Assembly (NCBI RefSeq): GCF_009914755.1
Contig: NC_060945.1
Direction: 5' to 3' (one strand)
Source: the human T2T-CHM13v2.0 reference genome, Homo sapiens
DNA length: 64,000 bases
The stretch's first letter is position 1; every line of letters begins with the position of its first letter. The notes beneath the pieces were generated by a model. That model was given only the letters and a program-made list of their open reading frames with translations. It ran no database searches and was not told where the DNA came from. Shown in pieces: positions 1 to 13,937 of the stretch. Made by a program: the position numbers and the translations under genes.

Positions 1-330
1 ACTATACACTCCTGAAATTCCTTTAGCTATTTTCATTTGCTTTGTTAATTGGTTTATAAAATCTAAGCCAGAAGAGTTATAACTTCCCTTACAAACCTTG
101 CTTGAAGTACTGGGTTTAAAAGTTTATGTTGCAAGTTTACGAGGGAATAAATTTGCTTTTACAAATTGCAAGCAATAGGCTAGAAAATAAACTTTATGAA
201 ATAATTCAGTGGGAGAAGCATTTCTGGTAATGTATTTTCTGCTTTGACTGGTTCTTACATTTTGATTCTTAGTGTTGTTACAAATAGAGTTCCGATTATC
301 AATATATGGGCATCTTTTTTTTTTTTTCAG

Positions 331-640
331 GCCAAAAGGTGTGTTTTGCTGACTTCAAGCATCCCTGCTACAAAATGGCCTACTTCCATGAACTGTCCAG
401 CCGAGTGAGCTTTCAGGAGGCACGCCTGGCTTGTGAGAGTGAGGGAGGAGTCCTCCTCAGCCTTGAGAATGAAGCAGAACAGAAGTTAATAGAGAGCATG
501 TTGCAAAACCTGACAAAACCCGGGACAGGGATTTCTGATGGTGATTTCTGGATAGGGCTTTGGAGGAATGGAGATGGGCAAACATCTGGTGCCTGCCCAG
601 ATCTCTACCAGTGGTCTGATGGAAGCAATTCCCAGTACCG
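331..640 (+). CDS. CHODL: CHODL coding exon 2 (N-terminal part of C-type lectin domain)
   Basis: Poly-T/CAG acceptor ending at 330 and GTGAGT donor at 641; 310 nt; encodes (G)QKVCFADFKHPCYKMAYFHELSSRVSFQEARLACESEGGVLLSLENEAEQ...FWIGLWR...WSDGSNSQY(R), recognisable chondrolectin CTLD. Confidence 0.97.
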
Positions 641-791
641 GTGAGTATGGATCTTGAGCAGTTGGCAGGTGCTCTGGGGAACTCCAAAGATAGAGGGAGG
701 ACTCTGTTACCTGTAGAGGATGTCAGAGTAGGACAGGCAGAATCATTTAGTAGGCATGTATCTGAGTGTTCCTATTACTCTCTGTTTGCAG

Positions 792-949
792 AAACTGGTA
801 CACAGATGAACCTTCCTGCGGAAGTGAAAAGTGTGTTGTGATGTATCACCAACCAACTGCCAATCCTGGCCTTGGGGGTCCCTACCTTTACCAGTGGAAT
901 GATGACAGGTGTAACATGAAGCACAATTATATTTGCAAGTATGAACCAG
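792..949 (+). CDS. CHODL: CHODL coding exon 3 (C-terminal CTLD, EPS and WND motifs)
   Basis: TTTGCAG acceptor and GTAAGC donor; 158 nt; NWYTDEPSCGSEKCVVMYHQPTANPGLGGPYLYQWNDDRCNMKHNYICKYEP; phase 2 to 1 matches neighbours. Confidence 0.97.
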
Positions 950-3209
950 GTAAGCAGTAGCAAAAGAAGGTATAGAAGATTTTGTGCATGTTTAATTGTA
1001 TTAAGTTTTGTCTTTAATTTTGACTACCTGTGGCTCTTTTTGTTTTTCTGCTGTGAAATAGAAAATTACCTTGCAGTTTCTCATATCACTCGTGTAATGA
1101 AGCATATCATATGCTGTAGAGCAAACTGTCCAATGAGCTCAAAGAAGAGAGTAAATAAAAACAGCTGGAGAGATGTCTTTAAGAAAAAATAATCATTTCT
1201 TACAATAAAACCAAATATTTTTGTAAATAGATTTTATAAACAATAAATATTTTAAAATATTTTAAACATTACTATAATATGTGGGAAGTAGATGTAAGTT
1301 ACCAAAGCACCTATAGACTTACACATGTGAGCAGCACTTCTTTATCTGACTTTAAGAGAACAAAGCACTTTCTCCTGGATCATTTGCTTATCATTTTATG
1401 GTATAATACTTGACATGTGGTACTCAGTAAAAAGAAGACTGTCATAGCTCATTGCCCCATAGTGGAAAAAAGTAGGAAGATGTGACTCGTTCTCCCTATG
1501 ATTCCTATTCTTGAAATATGTCTCCTCAGTTAGCTTTCTTTTGAAATCTCCCACTACTTGTCATATGCAGCAAATGGGAATCTTACATTGACTTGAGCTA
1601 TACTGGCATGGGTTCTGGATTTAAAAAATAGTCCATTTGAATTACTTTAACTAGGACGGATCGTCTGAATTCATATTTGACTGAAAGAGGGACTAATACA
1701 AACTCTGTGGACTCATTTTTTAAAATCATCTAGAAAGTCAAGTTAGATCCTTAGGCTTTGAGATTTTTTTTGCTGTTTTTCTCCTCCTCAGTGTTTGGAA
1801 GTGTCATTTTAACTCTTCTGAAGAGGTGTCTGCTTGAACTCATAATACGTGTTCACAGAAGGCAATTATAGTTGAGTACTGCTGCTTCCATTATTCTCCT
1901 GAAATTACATGATTCTTTTTCTCATAATACCAGAAAACACAAGGGATTATTTGGATTAGACTTACCCTTCTCTTACATTTATCCTGCTCTTGAGTGTATT
2001 AGCCACCTTTTTTTTTATCCCTGGTGAGTTTATTCTTTAACCATCTTGGTTGCTAAACCCGTCATTACCCTCCTGGAAGTCTTTGCAAAGCTGAATCTGT
2101 TATGCGCTTATGTCCTCTATTTTTCTCTTGGAGAAATATAAAGTTGAAATCCTCTGATATTTTAAATTTGTGACATTCTATGTACTTAAGACTACTGGAT
2201 AATACAAGTACAATATTATGCATTATTCTTAATATTACATTATCGCCTTCTCCTTTCTTTTGAGTTCAAAGGTCAACTATTTGACCCTTCATTGTATTAT
2301 ATTTATTTTATTTTTGCATCAAAATTTATGCCATTATTTAGGACACTGTAAATCTTACAATCTTCTTTACTTGTTTATGTATTAGGTAATCTAGGTTTAC
2401 ATTACTCATGCAAGAGCATTTATGATATAAAATTATTCTTTCTTTATCTTCTCCATTCTACCCAAATCTTCAAATAATCTATATTTATTAAAATATTATT
2501 TTATGTAGTTTTTGTTTTGAAGCACATTCACGGGTTTACTGTTGGCCTTATTAATGTGCTCAGGATTTTTATTTTTTATTTCATGATTTAATCTTTTTTG
2601 TCTTTTTATTTATATTTAGTTAACCCTCCTTGAGCTTAGTGTCTGCTTAGTAAAGGATGTTGGTTTGATTAAATTCCTTGGTTATGTAATCAGTGCTTGA
2701 TTTTTAGTGATATTTTGCATAATATTTATATTATTTGTTTAAAAATACCAGTTGACTAGGCATAGAGTGACTAAGTTCTCTAGAAGAGTAGGTATAGTCT
2801 AGGACTGAATCTGAAACCCAGAGGAGGCTATTAAAATGTCAGAGTTAAATCTGTGTACAAGAGTAACAAATATTTCTACAGAATGGATTATGATTAAACT
2901 TCCAACAAAGGGGGACTCTGTGACATTTTAAGGCAATGTAAGAATGGTAAACATTAAATTAAAATTCTTCTCTATCCTGAAGACTATATAAGAACATGGG
3001 TTCTTATTTCAATTGATAAAAGTAGAGAGTTACACTTTTGGAACAAATGGAAACAAATTTACAGGCTTTTTTTTAAATAATTCAATTTATTTTCATTGAA
3101 TTATTGATTTAACAAATAGTTCCTTAAGGAAAAGAAAAATAGAAAATAGAGCAATACGAAATCATGACAATAAACTTCAACAATTTTAAAGTGTGTAGCA
3201 AGAGAAAAA

Positions 3210-3368
3210 AAAGCCAGGAATAATAGTTAATGGATGCTGGGCTTCATACTTAGGTGATGGAATGATCTGTGCAGCACCGCACCATGGCACACGTTTACCC
3301 ACGTAACAAACCTGCACATTCTGCACATGTACCCCTGAACTTAAAAGTTAGAAGAACAATAAAAAATA
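3210..3368 (+). mobile_element. Old L1PA 3'-end fragment
   Basis: L1 3'UTR motifs (ccatggcacacgttta...gtaacaaacctgcacattctgcacatgtacccctgaacttaaa), A-rich tail, possible TSD TAAAGTGTGT at 3187 and 3367. Confidence 0.85.
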
Positions 3369-4021
3369 AAGTGTGTGGAAATTGAAGAGACATCTATAAA
3401 ACTAGGGAAAGAAACAACTTGCAAGCTTTAATTTAGTGTTATTATTATTATTTTTAAAAGTAGACACTATTGGAAAGCAAATCTAAGGATGGCATTGTAT
3501 ATGCAGAACAGAAATGTGGCTTAGAACGTTGTTACTTGAATCATCAATTCCAAATGCAATCCACATACAGTCATCTGCTGATTATTATTGCAAGGGGAAA
3601 CCCAAATAATACACTGATATTAGTAAAGAAATTATCTTGCTTGTCTCTGAACTGCATTTAATATATCACACTCTTACGTTTGCCAATTCTTGGTTATCCT
3701 TGCTTAACTTTGTGACTGGTCCGCCATTATTGCCTGCAGCAGGCTATCATCAGCACAGACCCACTGTTGATTGCTAATTGCAATTTGGAGTTTTAAGGGA
3801 GAACATATCAACTCCATCTTTTATTCAAAGAGAATTAAATGTTGACTTTATAGTTAGGTAATTTCATGTAAATTTAAATTCAGAATGTATTTTATTAGCT
3901 GTAAGCTGTTCAGAAATCAAAATTGTGATGTTTTTATTTTATAATATAATTTCATATTTATATATATTTTCAATTCTCTTGTTTAATCATTATATATGAT
4001 GGTGGTTCTTATTATTTACAG

Positions 4022-4108
4022 AGATTAATCCAACAGCCCCTGTAGAAAAGCCTTATCTTACAAATCAACCAGGAGACACCCATCAGAATGTGGTTGTTAC
4101 TGAAGCAG
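4022..4108 (+). CDS. CHODL: CHODL coding exon 4 (stalk)
   Basis: TTTACAG acceptor and GTAATT donor; 87 nt; (E)INPTAPVEKPYLTNQPGDTHQNVVVTEA(G). Confidence 0.95.
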
Positions 4109-4321
4109 GTAATTACTTCATGTGTCTTTAACTTCATCAAGAACTGAACTGTACTTTCAAACGCTGCTTCATGTTGACCCCAGTGAAACTTGTCTTGCCT
4201 GGGGAAGTGGTTCACTAAGTATGGTCCTATGGACATTTACTTTTGAACTAGGTTAGAAAAAATTATGCTAAGCTAGTATTTGAATAGAAAAACCTGTTTT
4301 GTTTTCTTCAGAGTGGTACTA

Positions 4322-4690
<369 letters not shown>

Positions 4691-5117
4691 GAACTTTGGA
4701 TCTACAAGAAATTTCTCTAACAACATGTAGGCGTCATGATGCAAATTGGCACATTCAGTGGAGAGCAAACAGGGGTGGGCTGGTAAATGTTTAGGGATTG
4801 GTTGGATCCTTAAATTGCTTGAAGTCAAACAGGAGTGGGAGGAAACAGCAAATTATCGCTCAGATACCCTATTGCTCATGAGTTTGTCTTCTGTTAACAA
4901 ATGAAGTGATGCGCAGTTAAATGTAGATAAAAGCTTTATCTACATCTGGTCCACTTTGACCAGAATTATTCAGATTAGTCATGATGATGACTTTTAATTT
5001 ACAAGCTAAATGCATAGTTCTTGAATTTGCTTTTTTTGCATAGACATGATATTAAGGCTTAGTGCTTTTCACTTTTCAGGTGCCTGGTTTTAAAACCATT
5101 CAGAACATCTAAACCTA

Positions 5118-5499
<382 letters not shown>

Positions 5500-6071
5500 T
5501 CAGTAATCACATTAGAAATACTTTTTTCTCTTTTGAAATTGAGCAGATGTTTATTAATTTTAAGTTGTATGGAATTACAGTGTCACGGTTTTTTAATTTT
5601 ACTAAGAATACCTAGCATTATCAAATGTGATGGAACAGGATTAAAAAATGATTCATTTTAGAATTTAATTAAGATCAAGTCTTTGTGCCGCTGGAGTCTC
5701 GTGTCTCTGAGTCGTGACTGTATCATCAGTTAATATTTATATATTTCATTTTAATCCCAGTGACTTGTATGGAATCGTGACACTAAGCTTATTGGCTAGG
5801 TAATTACTTACCCAATATATTTACAATAATCTTAATAATTATTATTTTTAATAATAAGTACTTATTTTTGTAAGTAATGATTGAGAAGGAGTAATGAAAT
5901 GAGTTAGCTAAGGTTCTTAATGAAAGCTAGTCCATGTCTGAATTGTAGATTTAATAATAGTTTTGGAAGTATGGATATCAAATTGGAACAGTTTGATATC
6001 ACTACAGATCAGTACAATTCAATTTTCCGTTCAGTAAAATTTTGTTTTTAACTTTTACCAAAACATGAATA

Positions 6072-6446
6072 CAGTCATGTACCACTTAACAATGGGGATA
6101 TGTTCTGAGAAATGCACCATTAGGCAATTTTGTCATTGTGCGAACATCATAGAGTGTACTTGAACCTAGGTCATATAGCTTACTACACGTCTAGGCTGTT
6201 TGATATGGCCTATTACTTCTAGGCTACAAACCCCTGCACCATGTTACTATACTGAATGCTGTAGACAACTGTAACATAATGGAATTTGTATATCAAAACC
6301 TATCTAAACATAGAAATGTATAAAATAGGATATCAAATATAAAAGATGGTATACCTATGTAGGGCAGCTCCATTATAATCTTATGGGACCACTGTCACAT
6401 ATGTGATGCATCGTTGACTGAAATGTCACTATGTGGTGCATGACTG
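6072..6446. mobile_element. Tigger3-family (TcMar) non-autonomous DNA transposon
   Basis: Terminal inverted repeats CAGTCATG...CATGACTG with TA target duplication; internal gttctgagaaatgc...ctaggctacaaac matches Tigger3a/b as recalled. Confidence 0.85.
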
Positions 6447-6606
6447 TATATTATTTCATTAGATTTTTCAATATTTTGAGAAGAACTTTGGGGTCAATTT
6501 ATTGAAAATTCTATTTCACCTGAATTTTTTGAAACATTCTTACATATTTTTGCTTTAGAATTCTTCCTCAACTATCTTTTCACATGAAGACTGTTTTATT
6601 TTGTAG

Positions 6607-6709
6607 GTATAATTCCCAATCTAATTTATGTTGTTATACCAACAATACCCCTGCTCTTACTGATACTGGTTGCTTTTGGAACCTGTTGTTTCCAGATGCT
6701 GCATAAAAG
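6607..6709 (+). CDS. CHODL: CHODL coding exon 5 (transmembrane segment)
   Basis: TTTTGTAG acceptor and GTAAAT donor; 103 nt; (G)IIPNLIYVVIPTIPLLLLILVAFGTCCFQMLHK(S), hydrophobic TM helix. Confidence 0.96.
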
Positions 6710-7937
6710 GTAAATAACTCATATATGTAGAGACAATTTGAAAAACTTTAAATAGGTTTTCAGAAATGTTTTAAAACTATTAGCATAAAGTTAATTATAT
6801 TTTAATTTTCCTTAAGAAATCCTATACATACAATCTAATAAGATATACATTGAGGATAGAATTAATGTAATATATTATTTAATCCTTACAGGACTTATTA
6901 AGCAGTTACCCTTCTGTTTGTATTTCTCAGTTGAGAAGATGGTGTCTTAGATGGGTTACCTAGTCTGCCTTGGGTACCATAGTTAGTGTCCACGGTGAAT
7001 CTGAAATTTGGATGTTTGTAAACTTCCAACATATGCACTATATTATACTGTTTTTTGTTTATGAAGTATAAGAATTAATGCTAAACTTTTCAATCTAGAC
7101 ATCAAGCTATATGTAAGACTTGATATTTGTAGGTTCATTTTGTATTACTTTTCAAAATTCAAGTCACAGGTTTCTGTTTTATTTCAAAAAGATCTTTTAA
7201 GAACAGGAAATAAAATACAGCGGTTCAAACAGGCCACTTTTTGGCAGGTATCTTGAAATAAAATCCTATATTTTACCAGCAAGATTTCTGGGGGAATATT
7301 ATGACTTTTTATCTGCTTTCCTGTACCCTTGGGTTAGAGAAGTTTTTCCATGTGTGCCAATTTTTTAATAAAAATGAAACAAAATTCAATATAATGAAAA
7401 TGTATTTCATTGTCAAATAAAAAATGAAATATAAATATGTATCAAAAGGAAAAAAGGAAAAGCTATTCTGTTTATATAAGAGCATGTTTGCTAGAATAAA
7501 CTAGACATCTTTGTCTGCGTGGTTTAAATAAGAACTGATCAAGGGGATGCCTCCATCAGGAAGGACCTGCAAACAAATTCATTTTCCTCTTTTGACCTTA
7601 CTTCATCTTCTTCTTTTTCTGAAATAAACCCTACCATTAAGCAACAAAAGACCCAGAAAAAAATTAAGTAATTCTGAAATGAAATACTAATTCTACACAA
7701 AAGCCACATTAATAACCTTTTTTTTTTTTTTTTACCATTTAGACCACTTTTGTGCTTTTTATAAACTTTCTTGGCTTATTTTCCATACATGTTAGATGAC
7801 TGTAGAATAAAGTTGTGCTGATCTTACTTATTTGGATGAAAATCTACAAACCATACAATTTGGACATAATATTTTATTAGTAACCAAAACAGCTAAATCT
7901 AAGTGAATTAAGTAATATTTTAAAAGGGTAATGGTCA

Positions 7938-8619
<682 letters not shown>

Positions 8620-8928
8620 TTATGTTACCAAAGCATGAATCTGCTATTGAACCACATTGGTTTCAGAGACTGAGGCACCAGTAAGCTTCCAGAAATCAAG
8701 TGACTTAGGTGCAGAGCCGGAGAACCGATGGGAGGAGGGGAATAGGCACATCCATACACATAGTATAATAGCATTGTTTTGATGATTTGACATTAAATTC
8801 AGCATCCATTAGTGACAGGGGACTCAAGGAGCAAAATGATTTCCAAAATAATTGATCAAAGAAAATAAAGGTATTTATTGGTGAATAAAACGGAAATGTT
8901 TAATATTGTGTCAGGCACATATTTGTAG

Positions 8929-9092
8929 GTGTGGAACCAACCCAAATGCCCATCAATCAATGCATGGATAAAGAATCTGTGGTATATATATGTGTATATA
9001 TATATACACACACACACACATATATGTATGTGTATATATATATGTGTGTATATATATATGTGTATATATATGTGTATATATATATGTGTGTG

Positions 9093-9141
<49 letters not shown>

Positions 9142-9530
9142 GATGGAATACTACTCATCCATACAAAGGAGTGAATTAACGGCATTCACAGCGACCTGGG
9201 TAATACTGGAGACTGTTATTCTAAGTGAAGTAATACAGGAATGAAAAACTAAGCATCGTACATTCTCACTCACAAGTGGGAGCTAAGCTATGATGATGCA
9301 AAGGCATCAGAATGACACAGTGGACTTTGGGGACTCAGAGGGAAAGAGTAGGAAGGGGGTGAGGGATAAAAGAATACAAATTGGGTACAGTGTATACTAC
9401 TCAAGTGATGGGTGCACCAAAATTTCACAAATCACCACTAAAGAACTTACTCATGTAACCAAACACCACCCGTTCCCCCATAACCTATGGAAATAAAAAA
9501 TTAAAATAACAACAGCAACAACAAAAATGA
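8929..9530 (+). mobile_element. L1PB-like 3' fragment
   Basis: tggaaccaacccaaatgcccatcaat...ttctcactcacaagtgggagctaagc...caccactaaagaacttactcatgtaacc and an A-rich tail. Confidence 0.88.
8983..9141. repeat. Compound (TA)n/(TG)n/(CA)n microsatellite inside L1
   Basis: About 160 bp of alternating purine-pyrimidine sequence. Confidence 0.97.
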
Positions 9531-9772
9531 ACTCTAAATTACGAAATGTCAAACAGGAAAAGATATGTTTTGTTTTCTCTATCATTCACAAGAACTGTTT
9601 GCCATCTTCACATATTTGAATAATCTAGAAGTTTTTGGAAGAATGGGAAAATATACTGCTGAGAGGGGGAGTCTTTCATAAATAACTGTCTGAGATATCT
9701 CCCTTTGGACGTAGACATGCTTAGTTTAATAAGAAATTTTAGGCACTAAACATTTTTTCTTATGTTTTTCAG

Positions 9773-9857
9773 TAAAGGAAGAACAAAAACTAGTCCAAAC
9801 CAGTCTACACTGTGGATTTCAAAGAGTACCAGAAAAGAAAGTGGCATGGAAGTATAA
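9773..9857 (+). CDS. CHODL: CHODL last coding exon (cytoplasmic tail and stop)
   Basis: TTTTTCAG acceptor; (S)KGRTKTSPNQSTLWISKSTRKESGMEV then TAA at 9855-9857, followed by a second TAA. Confidence 0.96.
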
Positions 9858-11190
9858 TAACTCATTGACTTGGTTCCAGAATTTTGTAATTCTGGATCTG
9901 TATAAGGAATGGCATCAGAACAATAGCTTGGAATGGCTTGAAATCACAAAGGATCTGCAAGATGAACTGTAAGCTCCCCCTTGAGGCAAATATTAAAGTA
10001 ATTTTTATATGTCTATTATTTCATTTAAAGAATATGCTGTGCTAATAATGGAGTGAGACATGCTTATTTTGCTAAAGGATGCACCCAAACTTCAAACTTC
10101 AAGCAAATGAAATGGACAATGCAGATAAAGTTGTTATCAACACGTCGGGAGTATGTGTGTTAGAAGCAATTCTTTTTATTTCTTTCACCTTTCATAAGTT
10201 GTTATCTAGTCAATGTAATGTATATTGTATTGAAATTTACAGTGTGCAAAAGTATTTTACCTTTGCATAAGTGTTTGATAAAAATGAACTGTTCTAATAT
10301 TTATTTTTATGGCATCTCATTTTTCAATACATGCTCTTTTGATTAAAGAAACATTACTGTTGTCAACTGAATTCACACACACACAAATATAGTACCATAG
10401 AAAAAGTTTGTTTTCTCGAAATAATTCATCTTTCAGCTTCTCTGCTTTTGGTCAATGTCTAGGAAATCTCTTCAGAAATAAGAAGCTATTTCATTAAGTG
10501 TGATATAAACCTCCTCAAACATTTTACTTAGAGGCAAGGATTGTCTAATTTCAATTGTGCAAGACATGTGCCTTATAATTATTTTTAGCTTAAAATTAAA
10601 CAGATTTTGTAATAATGTAACTTTGTTAATAGGTGCATAAACACTAATGCAGTCAATTTGAACAAAAGAAGTGGCATACACAATATAAATCATACGTCTT
10701 CACACGTTGCCTATATAATGAGAAGCAGCTCTCTGAGGGTTCTGAAATCAATGTGGTCCCTCACTTGCCCACTAAACAAAGATGGTTGTTCGGGGTTTGG
10801 GATTGACACTGGAGGCAGATAGTTGCAAAGTTAGTCTAAGGTTTCCCTAGCTGTATTTAGCCTCTGACTATATTAGTATACAAAGAGGTCATGTGGTTGA
10901 GACCAGGTGAATAGTCACTATCAGTGTGGAGACAAGCACCGCACACAGACATTTTAGGAAGGAAAGGAACTACGAAATCGTGTGAAAATGTGTTGGAACC
11001 CATCAGTGATCGCATATTCATTGATGAGGGTTTGCTTGAGATAGATAGAAAATGGTGGCTCCTTTCTGTCTTATCTCCTATTTTCTTCAATGCTTACGCC
11101 TTGTTCTTCTCAAGAGAAAGTTGTAACTCTCTGGTCTTCATATGTCCCTGTGCTCCTTTTAACCAAATAAAGAGTTCTTGTTTCTGAAGA
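9858..11190 (+). other. CHODL: CHODL 3'UTR (end approximate)
   Basis: Transposon-free AT-rich sequence from the stop codon to AATAAA at 11166-11171; the cleavage site is inferred. Confidence 0.75.
11166..11171 (+). terminator. CHODL: Probable CHODL polyadenylation signal AATAAA
   Basis: Canonical hexamer about 1.3 kb after the stop codon, with U/GU-rich sequence nearby. Confidence 0.7.
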
Positions 11191-12089
11191 ATGATGACTA
11201 GTCCTGTCTAAACCTCTTTTATGTGAAACAAGTACAGATATGTTTGCATCGACGTATAAAGTTGAAAACAAATTACTCTTTAAGTAAGAAGTGTGGTAAT
11301 AATGGAAGGCGTGATTATGTCTAATATTTTTCCTGTCAATTCTTTTCAGTTAAATAATATTTTCCTCAACACAGTTCACAACTAGCATTGGTTGGCAAAG
11401 CTAGGAGGCAAAAGAGAAATCAATGGGCATTGCCCATTTTCAGCTGCTCAGAGACTGAGAGAATGAGCAGCTGCATTTGAAGCTGAGATCTGCCAACATG
11501 CAGCACTCCTCTTTCTTTTCTTGGCTACCTATATCATCTATCATCTTTCTGGGTAGAACTGGAGACCAGTTGCTGGGACGTAACCTTTTTCCTCCAAACT
11601 ACTATCATGTATTTCTGCCTCTAGTGTGAACATACTGGAGGAAAACTGGGTGTTCCCCCTTGTCTTTGCCACCATGGACTATAACAGCTGCAAGGCAAAA
11701 GCAGAAAATCAATGGAGAAATGCCTGGCTTTTGCCTTTGGTCTTTATCTAGGTCTGGGTAACTCTTCTGGTATCACCAACTAAACCTATAAGCTACTGGA
11801 GGTGGAAAATGAACTTCTCTTTTATTAGAAAATGGTAGTAATCCTATCTTCTTAACAGTTTCCTAAAATTTTAGCTAACCTTTGGGAAATGAAAAAATAC
11901 ATGGTGTATCTGTTGCGTTAGCATTTTTAGAATATATTTTTGCTATATGTTTTGAAATGCAGAAGAAATGTGGAACAATCCTCAGGTACTAAAACAAATA
12001 ATACCCTGCTGGTCAGTCTATCTTTCCCAACAACTGTTGTTAGAATCAGACCATTGGAAAGGTGTTAAAAGGAATCGTGTGTTTAGTGG

Positions 12090-12441
12090 TGATACGATTT
12101 GGCTGTTTCCCCACCCACATCTCACCTTGAATTGTAATAATCCCCATGTGTCAAGGGTGGGGCCAGGTGGAGATAATTGAATCATGGGGGTGGTTTCCCC
12201 CATACTGTTCTGATGGTAGTGGATAAGGAAAGTGGAAAGGAAATGGAAGTTCTCCTGCATACGCTCTCTTGCCTGTCTCCATGTAAGACATGCCTTTGCT
12301 CCTCCTTTGCCTTCCACCATGATTGTGAGGCCTCTCCAGCTATGTGGAACTGTGAGTTCATTAAATGATGTCTTTCTTTCCTTTATAAATTACCCAGTCT
12401 TGGGTATGTCTTTATTAGCAGTAAGAAAATGGACTAAAACA
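12090..12441 (+). mobile_element. THE1 (MaLR) solo LTR
   Basis: TG...CA ends; tgatacgatttggctgtttccccaccc...ccttccaccatgattgtgaggcc...ggactaaaaca; 5-bp TSD AGTGG/CGTGG. Confidence 0.9.
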
Positions 12442-12919
12442 CGTGGCTCCTAATTTTTGTCCAAAGAATGAATTCTACAATTTCTTAACAGGAATTTGCA
12501 TTCGTCCATCATCTGGCCACACCTTCTTCATATAAAACATTTTTTCCCCTTTATCTGACTGTTTCCCAGAGAGAGAGTCTTTTGGTATGACAACACATTA
12601 TTCTCTATTTAACTGACCCCCACCTGCACAGTGGATCCTCAATATCCTCTTCAATGCCTCTGTAATAATTATTCTTTCCAGGTGTAGTTCAAATCTCCTT
12701 TCTTCCATAAGGCCAAGCCATACAATTGGTCCCTTCCTTCAATTCCTTTTAACCTTACTCTCTCTTCTATTAAATTGTCCCATGCAAGCATGTGTGTGAA
12801 GGTGCGTATGTGTGTGTGTTTTTTATTAACTATGAATTATTTCTCCCCAAATACATCAAAAGATTCTGTGTGGTGAGCTAAATTGAAGTCAGCACTTATT
12901 CTGGAAATGATCCAAGGGA

Positions 12920-13781
12920 TTAAACAAGTGAAGCAAATTCATTTATTACACATATTTAACCTTCTCATGGGTGATTCAGCTGTGTCTAAATAAGTTTTCA
13001 TATATTAGAAATATCCACTGTAACACACATAAACCAAGACCAGGATTTGCAATAGGTGCATTTCTTTGGTATGTCTGATTATTTTTTTGAGACTTAAAAA
13101 TACTTGCTTGAAATAAATAGGTAAAATTTATCTAATATACAATGACTATATCAGTTAATTTATCTTTTATTTAATTAACTTATTTAAGAGGAATGTAAAA
13201 TCAATTTAGTCCAGGCCTGTGACATAAGCTTACAATAAATAGTTTCTATTGGTTGGGAAAATACTAAGGTTATGCATATGTTGAAAATTTTGATAGAAAA
13301 GACAGAGAAACAATTGAGTTTCTGCTAATAGCAGCAAACTAAACTGGAACTAGAAAATTTATGGCAGTTTATTTCCAACAGTGACATACTTTGGGAAAAA
13401 CAATTTATTTTCTTTCTTTTTTAAATTCTGCTCAAATTTCTTAAGTGTATGGTATATGCTTTAAAATAACATCCCTTTAAACAACAGTAAGTAATAAAAA
13501 TAATCATTAAGAATTTTTAAAATGAGATCTGTGAAGAAATACCTGTTCACAATGAAATACAAATGTATTTAATGGTATTTTAAAGTTATTCTGTATTGCT
13601 ATGGTGAATTTTATTATTTTTAAAATTTTGTTTCCCTGGCCCCCTAGCATTTCATTGACATAGGTAAGAATAAAAACCTTTGGTAACTTTTTAAAATTTT
13701 TGTACGAAACACTTAATTTCCATGCTTTCTAGAGTAGAATGGGAAAATAATGCGACTTTCCTGTTTAGTTTAAGAAATGCT
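12920..13781 (-). other. TMPRSS15: TMPRSS15 3'UTR (distal end approximate)
   Basis: Follows the TAG stop; minus-strand AATAAA candidates (TTTATT on +) at 13404-13409, 13166-13171 and 12942-12947. Confidence 0.65.
12942..12947 (-). terminator. TMPRSS15: Candidate distal TMPRSS15 polyadenylation signal
   Basis: TTTATT on + equals AATAAA on -; one of several candidates. Confidence 0.5.

Positions 13782-13937
<156 letters not shown>

Noticed and set aside
306-644. ATG at 306 as the CHODL start codon
   Set aside because: It lies in the intron upstream of the polypyrimidine tract. The signal-peptide exon is outside the window.
8856-9244. Tyr/Ile/His/Cys-rich ORFs
   Set aside because: Dinucleotide microsatellite inside an L1.
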